Virus record (IMG/VR): IMGVR_UViG_3300046490_000096
Span: 17,161 to 81,160 of that record
DNA: 64,000 nt
Reading direction: 5' to 3' (one strand)
DNA from: a virus
Taxonomy: Duplodnaviria; Caudoviricetes
Part shown: one piece after another, positions 18,802 to 28,484 of the stretch
Layout of the letters: each line of letters begins with the position of its first letter
Numbering within the stretch: the first letter of the stretch is position 1
Notes under the pieces: model-generated
Seen by the model: only the letters and a program-made list of their open reading frames with translations
Database searches by the model: none
Told to the model about the DNA's origin: nothing
Position numbers and translations under genes: made by a program

Positions 18802-19344
18802 ATGAGCACCGTCCGATTGAACCAAGGCATGCGCGACACCATCATGGGTCGGCTGATGAAACACGCCTTCGAGAAGCGGGAACTGGACTTGCGAAAGGAA
18901 GATACAAAGCTCGCGGACGACGTCTATGACGACATCTACCCCAAGGACATCAAGAAGAAGATGGCCGATCTGCCGGCGGAATTCTTCCTATCCGTCCAGC
19001 ACCTGAAGGTTTCCTTCGCCGGGCAATTCGAGCAAGTCGTGATGAGCGCAGCGAGGCCGGCGTCGAAACGCCACGACTACAACGCAGCCAAAGTGTACGA
19101 CGCCAAGGATCCGCTGAGCGTCCGCTACTTCGAGATCGGAAAGACGCGCACAAAGCTCCGAGAAGATCGGGCGCGGGCAAAGAGCGCCGCACGCGCCGCC
19201 CTCGACAGTTGCTCGACGATCAAGCAACTCCTAGAAGTGTGGCCCGAGGCCGGCGCCTTCGTTGCAGACTTCACGGCTCCGCCAAAAACTCGCGCGCTCA
19301 CGCTGTCTATCAAGGATCTGAACAAGACGCTGGGGCTCCCGTAG
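18802..19344 (+). CDS. Nmad5-like (nucleotide-modification-associated domain 5) protein
   Basis: MSTVRLNQGMRDTI start and C-terminal TIKQLLEVWPEA resemble the Nmad5 family. Preceded by a motif-A promoter. Confidence 0.6.
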   Translation: MSTVRLNQGMRDTIMGRLMKHAFEKRELDLRKEDTKLADDVYDDIYPKDIKKKMADLPAEFFLSVQHLKVSFAGQFEQVVMSAARPASKRHDYNAAKVYDAKDPLSVRYFEIGKTRTKLREDRARAKSAARAALDSCSTIKQLLEVWPEAGAFVADFTAPPKTRALTLSIKDLNKTLGLP

Positions 19345-19346
19345 CC

Positions 19347-19619
19347 ATGGTATGCGCGCACTGTGATGTAACCATGGACGACTCGTGGAGGTTCTGCCCC
19401 ACGTGCGGAAAGCCCAACGAGATCAACGATGCTATCGCTGGCACCGTTGAGAGGTGGAGGCGCAGGGTGGGTAAAAGCAAGAACGAGCACACAATGGCCG
19501 AGCTGGTTACCGAATTGCAGACCGAAGTATCCGCGCGCATTCATCAGCTACGAGAGGATCTGGCAGAGGCAAAGAGGAAGCTGGCTACTCCTCTTCCGAC
19601 TCCTCCACCTGAATCCTAG
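19347..19619 (+). CDS. Zn-ribbon plus coiled-coil small protein
   Basis: CAHC...FCPTCG then a heptad-rich tail, 2 nt after the Nmad5-like stop. Confidence 0.6.
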   Translation: MVCAHCDVTMDDSWRFCPTCGKPNEINDAIAGTVERWRRRVGKSKNEHTMAELVTELQTEVSARIHQLREDLAEAKRKLATPLPTPPPES

Positions 19620-20511
19620 CCGGCTCCACCTCTCCCTGCTCTCCGATCTTCCCCGCCCCCCAAGCCTCTGACCATGGGATGACGACCTCACGATCATTCG
19701 GTCGATTCGGGGGCGCCATGTACTCGACTACCTCGGTCCCGTGCTTCGTCTCGCGCTCCCAAACAAAGGGTTCGTCGACCGGCACAGTCTGTCCGTCCAG
19801 CTCCTCGGAATCCTCGCCCGTGCGCGAGTCGAACGTGGCCACGAGGCGTTTCATCAGCTCCGGCATGTCCCTGTCTCGCATGGTTTCCATCGTGGCCTGC
19901 GAGGTCACTCCGTAGCTGTAGGCAAGCTCCGTACGCGCAATCCGATCTGCCCGCCACCGCTGCCCATCGAACACGCCGCCGCTCGCCGCGATTCGAGTCA
20001 CCACGCCGTCCACGGTCTCGCCCTGAATGAGCGACTCGGCCATGGCGTCCTTGACCTGCGTGATGGTCTGCGCGCCGTAGAACCCTTTGCTCGCCTCGTA
20101 TCGGTCCAGCAGCGAAGGCAGGACATCGTCCCGCACTCCACGCAGAATCGCCGCCCGGTCGGTCTCGAGGACTGGCATGTGCCCCGTGAACTGCCGCTCT
20201 GCCACCTCGACCGTCTTGATCAGGTGCCGCTGGGCCAGCACGCTCGCGAGTTTCCCCTCTTTCGTCAGGTGCTCCCCCATCGCCTCTTGGAACGCGTGGA
20301 TGCCTTCGTTCACCTGCACCAGCACCATGCGCATGTGCTGGGCTGAGAAGGTGTCTCCCTTGCCCTGCCTTCGCAGCTTCGCCAGCTTGGCTTCGAGCTC
20401 GGCCCGTGACCGCTCATAGATTCCGCGCAGCTTCCCCACGCCGCGGAGTTCGATCACTCCCTGAATCTGGGCGCGGTGAAGGCGGATGACTTCGGCGATG
20501 GCGCTTGCCAT
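19585..20511 (-). CDS. Head morphogenesis / minor head protein (Mu gpF/SPP1 gp7-like)
   Basis: RADRIARTELAYSY, KRLVATFDSRT and PPNRPNDR motifs. Confidence 0.8.
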   Translation of the reverse strand: MASAIAEVIRLHRAQIQGVIELRGVGKLRGIYERSRAELEAKLAKLRRQGKGDTFSAQHMRMVLVQVNEGIHAFQEAMGEHLTKEGKLASVLAQRHLIKTVEVAERQFTGHMPVLETDRAAILRGVRDDVLPSLLDRYEASKGFYGAQTITQVKDAMAESLIQGETVDGVVTRIAASGGVFDGQRWRADRIARTELAYSYGVTSQATMETMRDRDMPELMKRLVATFDSRTGEDSEELDGQTVPVDEPFVWERETKHGTEVVEYMAPPNRPNDREVVIPWSEAWGAGKIGEQGEVEPARIQVEESEEE

Positions 20512-20515
20512 CGGT

Positions 20516-20959
20516 TCACTTCTTCATCGGAGCCGGCTTCTTGCCATCCTCGATTGCCCGCTCTCGCTGGTGCACCAGATCGTGGTGCCGAGCGCAGATC
20601 GCGTGGAGACCGTCTTCGTTGTTCTGCTTCCCCTTCTCGGCCTGCTCTTTGAGCCACGCCGACGCCTTAGGATCGTCCGCGATTTCCTCTGCATGCCCGC
20701 CGAGGTGATCGAGATCAAGGTCCACCTGGGCCGTCTTACAGCCAGGCACCGCGCACTTCCAGCCATCCCGGCGGAACACCTTGAGCGCAAGCCTCGGATC
20801 AAGCCCGCCCTTGCCGTCGCTCTTCAGAGTGGTCCCATGCGCCTTGGCCTCGGCTTGAATTCGCTTCACGACGGACGCAGCAGCGCCGGCCCCTCCGCGC
20901 TTCTTGAGGTCGGACTTCTGGCGACTCTTCGCCCACTGTTCTGTTTTTCCGCAGGGCAT
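20516..20959 (-). CDS. HNH endonuclease
   Basis: VFRRDGWKCAVPGC...LDLDH...NNEDGLHAICARHHDLVH. Confidence 0.75.
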   Translation of the reverse strand: MPCGKTEQWAKSRQKSDLKKRGGAGAAASVVKRIQAEAKAHGTTLKSDGKGGLDPRLALKVFRRDGWKCAVPGCKTAQVDLDLDHLGGHAEEIADDPKASAWLKEQAEKGKQNNEDGLHAICARHHDLVHQRERAIEDGKKPAPMKK

Positions 20960-20961
20960 GG

Positions 20962-21330
20962 CTATTTCTTCCTTTTCTTTGCAGTCAGTGGCGCCCGCTG
21001 GAGCACCTTGATTCTTTGAATCCACTTCAGCGGGATAGCTTCCTGGGCATTCGACGAGTGTTCGTTGGATAGCCCAGTGGCGAGAGTGAGATGGTCTCTC
21101 TTTCGGTGAAGCAGGAATCCGACCGATGTGCACTTGACCAGCCCACAATCATCACTGATGTCTTTCCATCCGTGCGAGCCGGCCGCGTCGGTCCAGTCCA
21201 CCTGCACAATCGAACTACGACGGATGTCTTTCTCGTGCGCGCCTGCCCGCGGCCACAGGAATCTCACCTCCTGGCGCTTCTGTCTCGCCGTCCGCAGCTT
21301 TCGTTCCACCCTGAGCCCTTGTCGTTTCAT
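20962..21330 (-). CDS. Hypothetical phage protein
   Basis: VQVDWTDA..SHGW...CTSVGFL...IP..WI pattern familiar from small phage proteins. Confidence 0.55.
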   Translation of the reverse strand: MKRQGLRVERKLRTARQKRQEVRFLWPRAGAHEKDIRRSSIVQVDWTDAAGSHGWKDISDDCGLVKCTSVGFLLHRKRDHLTLATGLSNEHSSNAQEAIPLKWIQRIKVLQRAPLTAKKRKK

Positions 21331-21347
21331 GAAACGTGGCTTTCGTC

Positions 21348-21860
21348 TCACTTGAGTGGGATGGCAGTCTTGAGCGGCACACCTTGCCCGCTCGTTGGAT
21401 AGGGATTCGTCGCGTCCGGGTCCACCACTGGGCCTCGGTCGTGGAACTCGGGCAGGTTGCGCACCTCTGCCCCGTTGGGATTCGGCCGGCCTTTCGTGGC
21501 GTCGTAGCCTTGCTCGGGCACCAGCGAGGGCACCTGGGCCAAGAGGTCGCCGTAGGGGTCGCGTCCGTCCGGCTTCATGAGCACGCACGTCTCAACTTCG
21601 GGGCCCGGATTCGGCGGGCGCATGTGGTTCGTCGGCAAGAACGATACGCTCGGATGCGGCTGTATCGGCGGAGGCAATGCCTGCTGTGGAATCGGGATGC
21701 ACGCCAGGCCCACGCCGGGAATCTGCGCCCACATGAACCCGGGCGGGGGCGGGGCGAGCTGCGGCTGCACGAAGGCGGGAGGCGCAACGGCGGCCGGCGG
21801 GTTTGAAGACACGTGTCCGGCGCGACCGCGGGCCCAGTTTGCAACGTCGTTTGGGTTCAT
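21348..21860 (-). CDS. Pro/Gln-rich hypothetical protein
   Basis: 170 aa low-complexity ORF, coupled by an ATGA overlap. Confidence 0.55.
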   Translation of the reverse strand: MNPNDVANWARGRAGHVSSNPPAAVAPPAFVQPQLAPPPPGFMWAQIPGVGLACIPIPQQALPPPIQPHPSVSFLPTNHMRPPNPGPEVETCVLMKPDGRDPYGDLLAQVPSLVPEQGYDATKGRPNPNGAEVRNLPEFHDRGPVVDPDATNPYPTSGQGVPLKTAIPLK

Positions 21861-22252
21861 TGAATCCCTCCGAATTCAGCGGCCACTCTCGGCCAGTTTG
21901 GTTCCTCGTTCTTGTCGTCCACAAATGCGTCCGCTTCCGGTTTCCCCGGATGCTGCCAGACCTCGTCGAACATCTCCCACAGCCCGAGCGCCCGCAGAAA
22001 ATACCGCATCTCGGCGAAGCGCTCCCACTGGTCTGTAATGCGCGGTGACACTTCCCCGGTCTGATACCAACGCGCCGCTTCCTCTTCCAGTTGCGGCGCT
22101 GGGTCTAAAGGCGTGCACCTGCAGGAGTGAAGCACGAGGTGATGCCCGGCCCTTTTGAGCGCTGCAAGGGCCTCAGCAGCGCCAAGGCGAAGCGCAAGGG
22201 GCCTACCGTGGGCCAGTGACCCATCGAAATCGAAGGCCAGTCGTAGGCTCAA
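21857..22252 (-). CDS. HAD-superfamily phosphatase-like protein
   Basis: Motif I AFDFDGSL, motif II LVLHSCR, motifs III/IV GKPEADAFVDDKN. Confidence 0.75.
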   Translation of the reverse strand: MSLRLAFDFDGSLAHGRPLALRLGAAEALAALKRAGHHLVLHSCRCTPLDPAPQLEEEAARWYQTGEVSPRITDQWERFAEMRYFLRALGLWEMFDEVWQHPGKPEADAFVDDKNEEPNWPRVAAEFGGIQ

Positions 22253-23958
22253 GGCTTGCCCCCATTGCCAGCTTGCGGCGTGGCAGGCTCTTTAGGCTTT
22301 GGCGCAACGGGTTGACCGGGTAGCTTTGGCTTGCCGGGTAGCTCGCCGTAACCCATCATGTCAAGCTCGTCTTTCTTCTGGGCGCGGATGGTTTCCAGAA
22401 GCTTCTTGGTGTCCTTGATTCCGAACAGTTGAGCGCCCCGGTTGACGGCGGTCTCCTCGTCGATGATGCCGCCTTCCTTCGCGGTGACGATGTTCGTGAT
22501 TTCGATCTGGCGGTCGGTCTCGGTCGGGGCGAAGTACGGGCCCCATGTGATCTTGATGTGCCCGCCCGGTCCCAGCTTGCGAGGCGTGCCGTCGGGACGA
22601 GGCGGAAGGTTGAGCTGGAAGACCGCGTCCACCTCTTTGCCCTTCTCGTTCAGGGCCTTGGTGGGCTTGCCGTCGAAGGCGCGAGCCATGAAGTCGATCA
22701 GCTCCAGAAGTCCGACCACGAGAATGTCCCCGTACTGCGCTCGCAAGTCGTCGGCAGCTTCGAGCATCGGAGCGTACAGGAACTCCATCGCCTTCGCCGA
22801 CTGCGCGGCGCCTGACATCTGCTCCGGGTCCAGCATCACGCAGCGAACGACCTTGAGAGCTTGTGCGATCTTCTTGTCCGCGTACACGCTGGCCGCCTGG
22901 ATTCCGGCCGCGCTGATTTCCATGTAGTGCGCGTCGCCCGTGGCCCCGACGTAGAGCGCATTCTCGGAGCCCTTGCGCACGCTTCCGCCCATCTGCGCGA
23001 CCTCTTTCGGGTCGGTGCGAATGACGGTGGTGGGGTCGCTGTTGCAGAGCAGGCCCTTGTTCGCCTGGGAATCCAGCCGGTCCACGGTATCGAAGATTTG
23101 CCAGACCCCGTGGCAGTCAGGGTCGCCGTCTTCGCTGTCGAGCACCTCGGAATTCTGGCACCAGATGCCAGGGAACCGCCCGAGCCCATGCACCCCCTGG
23201 GATTCAACTTCCCACTTCATGTCCACGTTGGGGCTGATTTTCACCGGCTTGAACACGGTATCGTCGTCTTCGGTGATGATCCGCCGGTAGAGGTACTCGA
23301 CCACACGCGTGCCCCGCTGGTTGCCCTTGTCGTCGATCTCGACCTCTTCCACCGGGTAGCGGTACAGCTTCAGAACCGCGAGCGGAGTCTGGGTCCGCTT
23401 GTCCTTCCAGAGCACCTGGCAGTGCTTGGTGTTGTGCACCTCAAGCGAAAACTTGCCATCCCGCAGGTGACACGTCACCAGCACGGTCCCCGTCCCGCCG
23501 CCCATGTTCCGGGCCGCGGTCATCTTAGAAAAGAAGCGCATCTGCTGCATGCATGCCTGCAGGTAGTCCTGCGTGTCCTCGTCGCCCTCGACCTCGACCA
23601 CCGGCCGGCGAGCCTGGGAGAACAGCAGTCCCGTGAAGCGCTTGTTGATGGCCATGCCGAGATTGAAGGGCGCCGTCGGCCGCTTCATGCGCACGGACAT
23701 GTTGATCGCCGGCTGCTCGAATCCCGCAGGAACCTGGACCGATGGGCTGATGGTCTCCATCTGGTCGGCGGTCATCCCCCACCAATCTTGCTTCAAATGA
23801 AGATAATGGGTGGTTCGCCAGACGGCCTCGTACCTGTCGAGCCGGCGGAAGCGCTCAGTCTCTCCGGTGATCGCGTTGGTGTAGAACCACTGCTTGACTT
23901 CCTCGCTGCGAGGAATCTGCATCTGCGGAGCGGGTCCGCCCGTGAGGGTGTCAGCCAT
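22249..23958 (-). CDS. Portal protein
   Basis: 569 aa. INKRFTGLLFS, wing-like beta region, HGLGRFPGIWCQN, SAAQSAKAMEFLY clip/crown region. Upstream of the gpF-like gene. Confidence 0.85.
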   Translation of the reverse strand: MADTLTGGPAPQMQIPRSEEVKQWFYTNAITGETERFRRLDRYEAVWRTTHYLHLKQDWWGMTADQMETISPSVQVPAGFEQPAINMSVRMKRPTAPFNLGMAINKRFTGLLFSQARRPVVEVEGDEDTQDYLQACMQQMRFFSKMTAARNMGGGTGTVLVTCHLRDGKFSLEVHNTKHCQVLWKDKRTQTPLAVLKLYRYPVEEVEIDDKGNQRGTRVVEYLYRRIITEDDDTVFKPVKISPNVDMKWEVESQGVHGLGRFPGIWCQNSEVLDSEDGDPDCHGVWQIFDTVDRLDSQANKGLLCNSDPTTVIRTDPKEVAQMGGSVRKGSENALYVGATGDAHYMEISAAGIQAASVYADKKIAQALKVVRCVMLDPEQMSGAAQSAKAMEFLYAPMLEAADDLRAQYGDILVVGLLELIDFMARAFDGKPTKALNEKGKEVDAVFQLNLPPRPDGTPRKLGPGGHIKITWGPYFAPTETDRQIEITNIVTAKEGGIIDEETAVNRGAQLFGIKDTKKLLETIRAQKKDELDMMGYGELPGKPKLPGQPVAPKPKEPATPQAGNGGKP

Positions 23959-24120
23959 CCCGCGATCCTATCACTGCCTTGCCGAGCGCCCTAGCCCAGA
24001 GGCGATCCCACCAGGTCATCGGCTGCAGCTCGGTGACCGGGGGAGAATAGGCGCCGCCGTCTGTGGTGGTGATCGGTTCGCTGGGGACGGTGGTGGGAAA
24101 GACCACCTGGGGGCGAAGCT

Positions 24121-24534
24121 TCACCGGGGGACTTGGGAAGCCGCCCTTGTCCTCGCCTCCCGCTCCGCCACGATCTTCTCCGCGTTGATCTGTTTTTCCA
24201 TCCATCGCCAAAGCTCCTCTGGTCCCGAGAACCACGAACAAATGTCGTCTTCCGTCATCGCCAGCCGCAGGTCTCCCCGCCGGTAGCGCCACTCCCCCTG
24301 CGACTTGGGCAGGCCGTCCGCCCAGGGGGGCAAGTGCTCTTTCGGCAGGAACACAAATCCCAGCTTCTCCAGGCACTGCTTGTAGTCCTCGATTTTCCGC
24401 CCGTGCCGGCAGTCGTCCACGTGCTCTAGGTGCAGGCGCGGGTCGAAGGCCGGGGTTTCGTTCGGGGCCGGCTCCCCGTCTGCGATGCGCTGGAGGGTGG
24501 AGTCGAATTCCTTGTCTTCGGCCTCGGTGCTCAT
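24121..24534 (-). CDS. Hypothetical protein
   Basis: 137 aa with plausible codon usage and overlapping neighbours. Confidence 0.5.
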   Translation of the reverse strand: MSTEAEDKEFDSTLQRIADGEPAPNETPAFDPRLHLEHVDDCRHGRKIEDYKQCLEKLGFVFLPKEHLPPWADGLPKSQGEWRYRRGDLRLAMTEDDICSWFSGPEELWRWMEKQINAEKIVAEREARTRAASQVPR

Positions 24535-24670
24535 GGCTTCGGACCGATGGGCTCCTTGCGCTCCGCTACCTCGTGGGCCGGCTGCGCCTCGTCGCCTTCA
24601 TCTTCCTTGCCCCTCTTGGGCGGGTTGACCTTCTCGGCTTCGTCGCTCCACTGCTGTTCGTTGGTTGGCA

Positions 24671-24955
24671 TCAGATTTTGCTCCTGTCGATGGGCGTGCC
24701 TTCGAGGCTACGCTGTCGCGCCAGCACCTCGGGCCCGGTGAGAACGCCCGGCTGCGCGGAGTACAACACGCTGTAGCCCTCGGCCGCAACCTTGGCCACC
24801 TCGTCGCACATGATGGCTTGCAACGGCCCGGTCGATACCACGGGGACGCGGCGGAAGTCCTCGGGGGCTGCGCTCAGTTCGGTCTTGCCGTTCTTCAGCA
24901 GCACGACTTCGAGGTTTTCGGTCTGGGGCTTGTCGTTGGTGATCAGGTCTCTCAT
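24671..24955 (-). CDS. Hypothetical protein
   Basis: 94 aa, ATGA-coupled to the HTH gene. Confidence 0.5.
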   Translation of the reverse strand: MRDLITNDKPQTENLEVVLLKNGKTELSAAPEDFRRVPVVSTGPLQAIMCDEVAKVAAEGYSVLYSAQPGVLTGPEVLARQRSLEGTPIDRSKI

Positions 24956-25155
24956 GGCTTCTCCTCAGTGGATTGTATCAGGCGCTGGCGAATGATGCCG
25001 TCGAGCGCGTCGTCAAGGGCCTCGGCCGTCGCCGGGTGCGGGTGAACCTTCCCCTCTTCGATTCGGTACAGCTCTCGCCGGGAAAGTCCGCACGCATCGG
25101 CCAGCTCGCTCGGCTTGATGCCGAGAACCCGCCGAAGCCTGCCGAGCGCTCTCAT
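24952..25155 (-). CDS. XRE/Cro-family helix-turn-helix regulator
   Basis: LRRVLGIKPSELADACGLSRRELYRIEEGKVHP. Confidence 0.8.
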   Translation of the reverse strand: MRALGRLRRVLGIKPSELADACGLSRRELYRIEEGKVHPHPATAEALDDALDGIIRQRLIQSTEEKP

Positions 25156-25192
25156 TTGTCCCATAATGGACATGTAGACTTCTTGGTGTCAA
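25156..25192 (-). promoter_or_regulatory. sigma70-type promoter for the HTH gene (possibly leaderless)
   Basis: TTGACA-N18-CATTAT, ending 7 nt before the ATG at 25155. Confidence 0.5.
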
Positions 25193-25256
25193 TGCCTGAT
25201 AGAGTGGAACAGCAAAGACGGTCCCGGTCTTCAGGGACAGACACAAGGAGATTTCG

Positions 25257-25487
25257 ATGGCAAAGAAAATGAGTAAGGCAGCGGCCAAGGCGCGGACCGA
25301 AACGCGCAAGGTCTACGACAAGAACCTCGCGACCAAGGTCGGCGTTCGCGGCGGCGCCGCTGGTGCGACCAATGCCTCGGGCAAGACCGAGCGCGCGGTG
25401 GCCCGTGACTACCGCAAGGCGACCGGCGCTGGCCTGACTGGCGCCGAGCGTTCCTCCGCCGCGATGTCCTCGGGCAAGAGCGGCTAA
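25257..25487 (+). CDS. Small basic Ala/Lys/Gly-rich protein
   Basis: AAGGAG RBS. First gene of a plus-strand triad. Confidence 0.7.
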   Translation: MAKKMSKAAAKARTETRKVYDKNLATKVGVRGGAAGATNASGKTERAVARDYRKATGAGLTGAERSSAAMSSGKSG

Positions 25488-25489
25488 CC

Positions 25490-26239
25490 ATGTCCGTCCT
25501 TGCCACGGCACTGGCCCGCGTAAAACGCGCCCGCGAAATCTGCGGCGATGCGGTTCTCGTGTCTCTGTCGGGCAAGGACTCCATGGTTTCTCTCGACCTT
25601 TGCTGCCAGGTCTTCTCTCGGGTCGAGGCTTATCACATGTACTTCGTTCGGGGGCTCCGTTGCGTCGAGGACCATGTCGATGCGGCAGCAAGACGCCACG
25701 GTGTCCCCGTCCACTACGTTCCCCACTGGGACCTGGCCCGTCACATGAAGTACGGAATCCTCCGCAATCCCGTCAACGGTGCCGAGAAAATCCGCATCAT
25801 GGCCCAGCGGGATGTCGACCGAGCGATGACCAAGAAGACGGGCATCTACCTGTTCGCTACCGGCGAGCGAGCCTCCGACTCCTTCATTCGCCGCTTCTAC
25901 ACGCGCGAGAATGACGGCCTCCGAATCCGGGAGCACCGAAGCAAGGTCTACCCGATTTGGGACTGGCGCGATGCCGATGTCTACGCCTACATGAAGGCCA
26001 AAAAGATTCCCAGCCCGCCCAAGTTCGGCGTCGAGGGCAGGAAGACGAGCGGCATCTGTCTCGCCCCGTACACCTGCCGATGGCTCCACGACAAGCACCC
26101 CAAGGATTGGGCAAAGGTGCTCGAAGTTTTTCCGTTTGCGATTGTCCAACTCACAGCCCCGGAGGGCGTCGATGCCAGTTACCAAGCACCAGAAGTTCCA
26201 GATGAAGAAGGTCAACCGCTCGGACATCTCGGGGAGTAA
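25490..26239 (+). CDS. PAPS-reductase-family (PP-loop adenine nucleotide alpha-hydrolase) protein
   Basis: VSLSGKDS PP-loop, ATGERASDS..RR, and VYPIWDWRDADVYAYM. Confidence 0.85.
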   Translation: MSVLATALARVKRAREICGDAVLVSLSGKDSMVSLDLCCQVFSRVEAYHMYFVRGLRCVEDHVDAAARRHGVPVHYVPHWDLARHMKYGILRNPVNGAEKIRIMAQRDVDRAMTKKTGIYLFATGERASDSFIRRFYTRENDGLRIREHRSKVYPIWDWRDADVYAYMKAKKIPSPPKFGVEGRKTSGICLAPYTCRWLHDKHPKDWAKVLEVFPFAIVQLTAPEGVDASYQAPEVPDEEGQPLGHLGE

Positions 26240-26939
26240 GTGGAATCCCAGGACGATCAGCGACGGCGCAAAGAAGAAGCTCCAAGCCAACCTCAAGCGC
26301 ATTGGCCTCCTCGCTCCGATCACGGTGAACGAGAAGACGATGGAGCTGGTCGGCGGACACCAGCGTCTGGCCTGCATTGACGCTCTCGAAGGCTCCCCCG
26401 ATTATCAGTTGGACGTGGCCATGGTGAAGCTCACCGACAAGCAGGCGAAGGAAGCCGCCATCTTCCTGAACAACCTCGATGCTACCGGCGAGTGGGACCT
26501 TCCAATGCTCGCGGCCATTCTCCCAGAACTCGACCTCGAACACACCGGCTTTGAGCCCATCTCGCTCGACATCATCTTCGCCGATACAGAATTCTCCTCG
26601 ATGTTCAGCGAGAAGGCCCAAGCCCCTGCAGCACAGGAGACCTTCGGAGAGCTCGCGGCCATGTCCGCCATGCGCGACCAGCCCGAAGACGTTCCGGGGG
26701 CGGGTCCGACCTCGGGCGGCGACGAGGAGCAGGTCAAGCGCACGGCGTCCGCTCAAGCGGTGGCCGAGATGCGCAAGACCAGCAAGGGCATGACCGTGGC
26801 CGAAGACACAGAGCGCTACTCGATCATCATCTTCAATTCCAGAAAAGAGCGCGAGCTGTTCAACGAGCGCATAGGCGTGGATAAACCCACGCGCTACGTG
26901 CCGTTTGCGCTGCTGGAGCCGAGCCTCAAGACGGGCTAG
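26172..26939 (+). CDS. ParB N-terminal (ParB/Srx) domain protein
   Basis: KWNPRTI...IGLLAPITVN...LVGGHQRL...AAIFLNN. A GGAGG RBS precedes MPVTKH. Confidence 0.85.
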   Translation: MPVTKHQKFQMKKVNRSDISGSKWNPRTISDGAKKKLQANLKRIGLLAPITVNEKTMELVGGHQRLACIDALEGSPDYQLDVAMVKLTDKQAKEAAIFLNNLDATGEWDLPMLAAILPELDLEHTGFEPISLDIIFADTEFSSMFSEKAQAPAAQETFGELAAMSAMRDQPEDVPGAGPTSGGDEEQVKRTASAQAVAEMRKTSKGMTVAEDTERYSIIIFNSRKERELFNERIGVDKPTRYVPFALLEPSLKTG

Positions 26940-27277
26940 CCCGTCCTGAAGGCGGGGCACCCCTGAAGGCAGTGACATTTATTGGGGTGTTCTTCGTGGC
27001 GAGCAGTCAGGTCTAGGCCGCAAGCGAAGCATAGATAGTGACTAATCTTCTTGTCCTCGAAGAAGGCATCGTACTCGTCATCGCCCTGTGCTTCGTTGCA
27101 GTTGTTAAGCTCGCTGTCGACGTGGCATGGAGCCACATACCACACATAGCCGTGCTCTGTGATGCCGCCGGGGCCAGTGAAATCGGCGCCGCATGCCGGG
27201 TTCGGACATTGGTCGGGAATTTCAAACGTGGATTCCTCGGTGGCGACGACTCGCGAAACTTGAATCTTAATGGGCAT
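26936..27277 (-). CDS. Cys-rich (Zn-binding) hypothetical protein
   Basis: CPNPAC, CFAC and CHC motifs; GGAGG RBS. Confidence 0.55.
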   Translation of the reverse strand: MPIKIQVSRVVATEESTFEIPDQCPNPACGADFTGPGGITEHGYVWYVAPCHVDSELNNCNEAQGDDEYDAFFEDKKISHYLCFACGLDLTARHEEHPNKCHCLQGCPAFRTG

Positions 27278-27299
27278 GGTGTCCTCCGTGGTGGTTGAG

Positions 27300-27698
27300 C
27301 TACGTCTCCTCAAAAGCGACCTTGAAAAGGCACCCCGGCCAGCCCCGGACCTTCACGGGCTTCTTGGCTGGCCGCGGGTCCTTCAGGTGCCAGTGGAAGC
27401 CGCCCGGGTTCAGCCCACCCCACCCCTTGCCATTGTCGGCCGGCGTGCAGTCTGTGATCTCGACGGTGCCGATGATCTCCCCGCGCGCAAGCTCCTCGGG
27501 CGGCGGTGGGTCCTTGCCGGTCAGCTTGCGAATGAGGTAGGCCGCGTCCTCGTACTCCTCGTCCGTGCACGCCTTGCCCGCATGAATCGCGATACGCCCG
27601 CGATACTTTGTTGACCAGTTGCGATTCTCGATGTCCTTGGTTGCGTGGATGATGGCCCAGGCCCATGGCTGGCGCACACTCAGGCATTTTTCGATCAT
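27300..27698 (-). CDS. ASCH domain protein
   Basis: LSVRQPWAWAI...KDIENRNW...YRGRIAIHAG signature. Confidence 0.9.
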   Translation of the reverse strand: MIEKCLSVRQPWAWAIIHATKDIENRNWSTKYRGRIAIHAGKACTDEEYEDAAYLIRKLTGKDPPPPEELARGEIIGTVEITDCTPADNGKGWGGLNPGGFHWHLKDPRPAKKPVKVRGWPGCLFKVAFEET

Positions 27699-28052
27699 GA
27701 TCTAGTTCCCCGTCGGCTGATAGTCCAAACGCTATCCGTCGCATGACCGTACTCTGCCAGGGTATCGAAGGAAACCCAGTCTCCCGCGAGTTTTGAGCGG
27801 ACCGTGACGATCATGACCGCACCTTGCCTTGTGCCGCGTCCGAGACGTAAAGCATGCGCTCCGCGTAGGTTGCCTTGCCGCCCGTGCTGGTTTCCGCTTC
27901 CCGCATCGCCGCGCCAGCGGTGGCCACCATGGTGCTGTAATACGTGTGATCGTGCTGGCCCAAGCGGACAGTCACCTGATAGGAGTGTCGCGCGGGCGCA
28001 TCCTTGCTGCAATCGCGAGACGGGGCGGACAGTGGGTATGAGAGAGACATAG

Positions 28053-28406
28053 CTAGCGAGCCTCCATGCTGTTGAGTACGCCCGTCGCAACCACGCGATC
28101 CTTCATGGCGACCATGACTGAATTGTCTTTCAAGTCAGGGTAGCCAGTGCACACCTTGGCCTTTTCGCGGCAGTCACGCACGAATTGCCAGGCCAGCGTG
28201 TGAGACGTGAAAGCAAACTTCACGTTGTCAGGCTGGCATTCGCGCAAGGTGTCGGCTCGCAACCTAGATCCTGCATTCTTGGCTTGCTTCTTACAAAGCC
28301 GGAAAGCCTCGTCCAAGTCTTGGGCCTGGCACCATACCGTGGAGCCGTCGGCCAGCTTGCAGGAGTAGCCTTGATAACCTGGAGAGAAGCACTGTGTGTT
28401 TGACAT
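28053..28406 (-). CDS. Hypothetical early protein (apparently leaderless)
   Basis: The ATG of MSNTQCF lies 6 nt after a TATCTT -10 box. Confidence 0.6.
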   Translation of the reverse strand: MSNTQCFSPGYQGYSCKLADGSTVWCQAQDLDEAFRLCKKQAKNAGSRLRADTLRECQPDNVKFAFTSHTLAWQFVRDCREKAKVCTGYPDLKDNSVMVAMKDRVVATGVLNSMEAR

Positions 28407-28484
28407 GATTTCAAGATACTGCCGGACCACTCCCCGGTCAACAGTATTTTTGAAGTACCACAAAAGAAAAATGCAGCGGGTCAA
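28407..28484 (-). promoter_or_regulatory. Motif B: sigma70 promoter plus 17-bp operator-like site (copy 1)
   Basis: TTGACC-N17-TATCTT, with GGTACTTCAAAAATACT 1 nt upstream of the -35 and a CTGCATTTT block. Confidence 0.75.
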
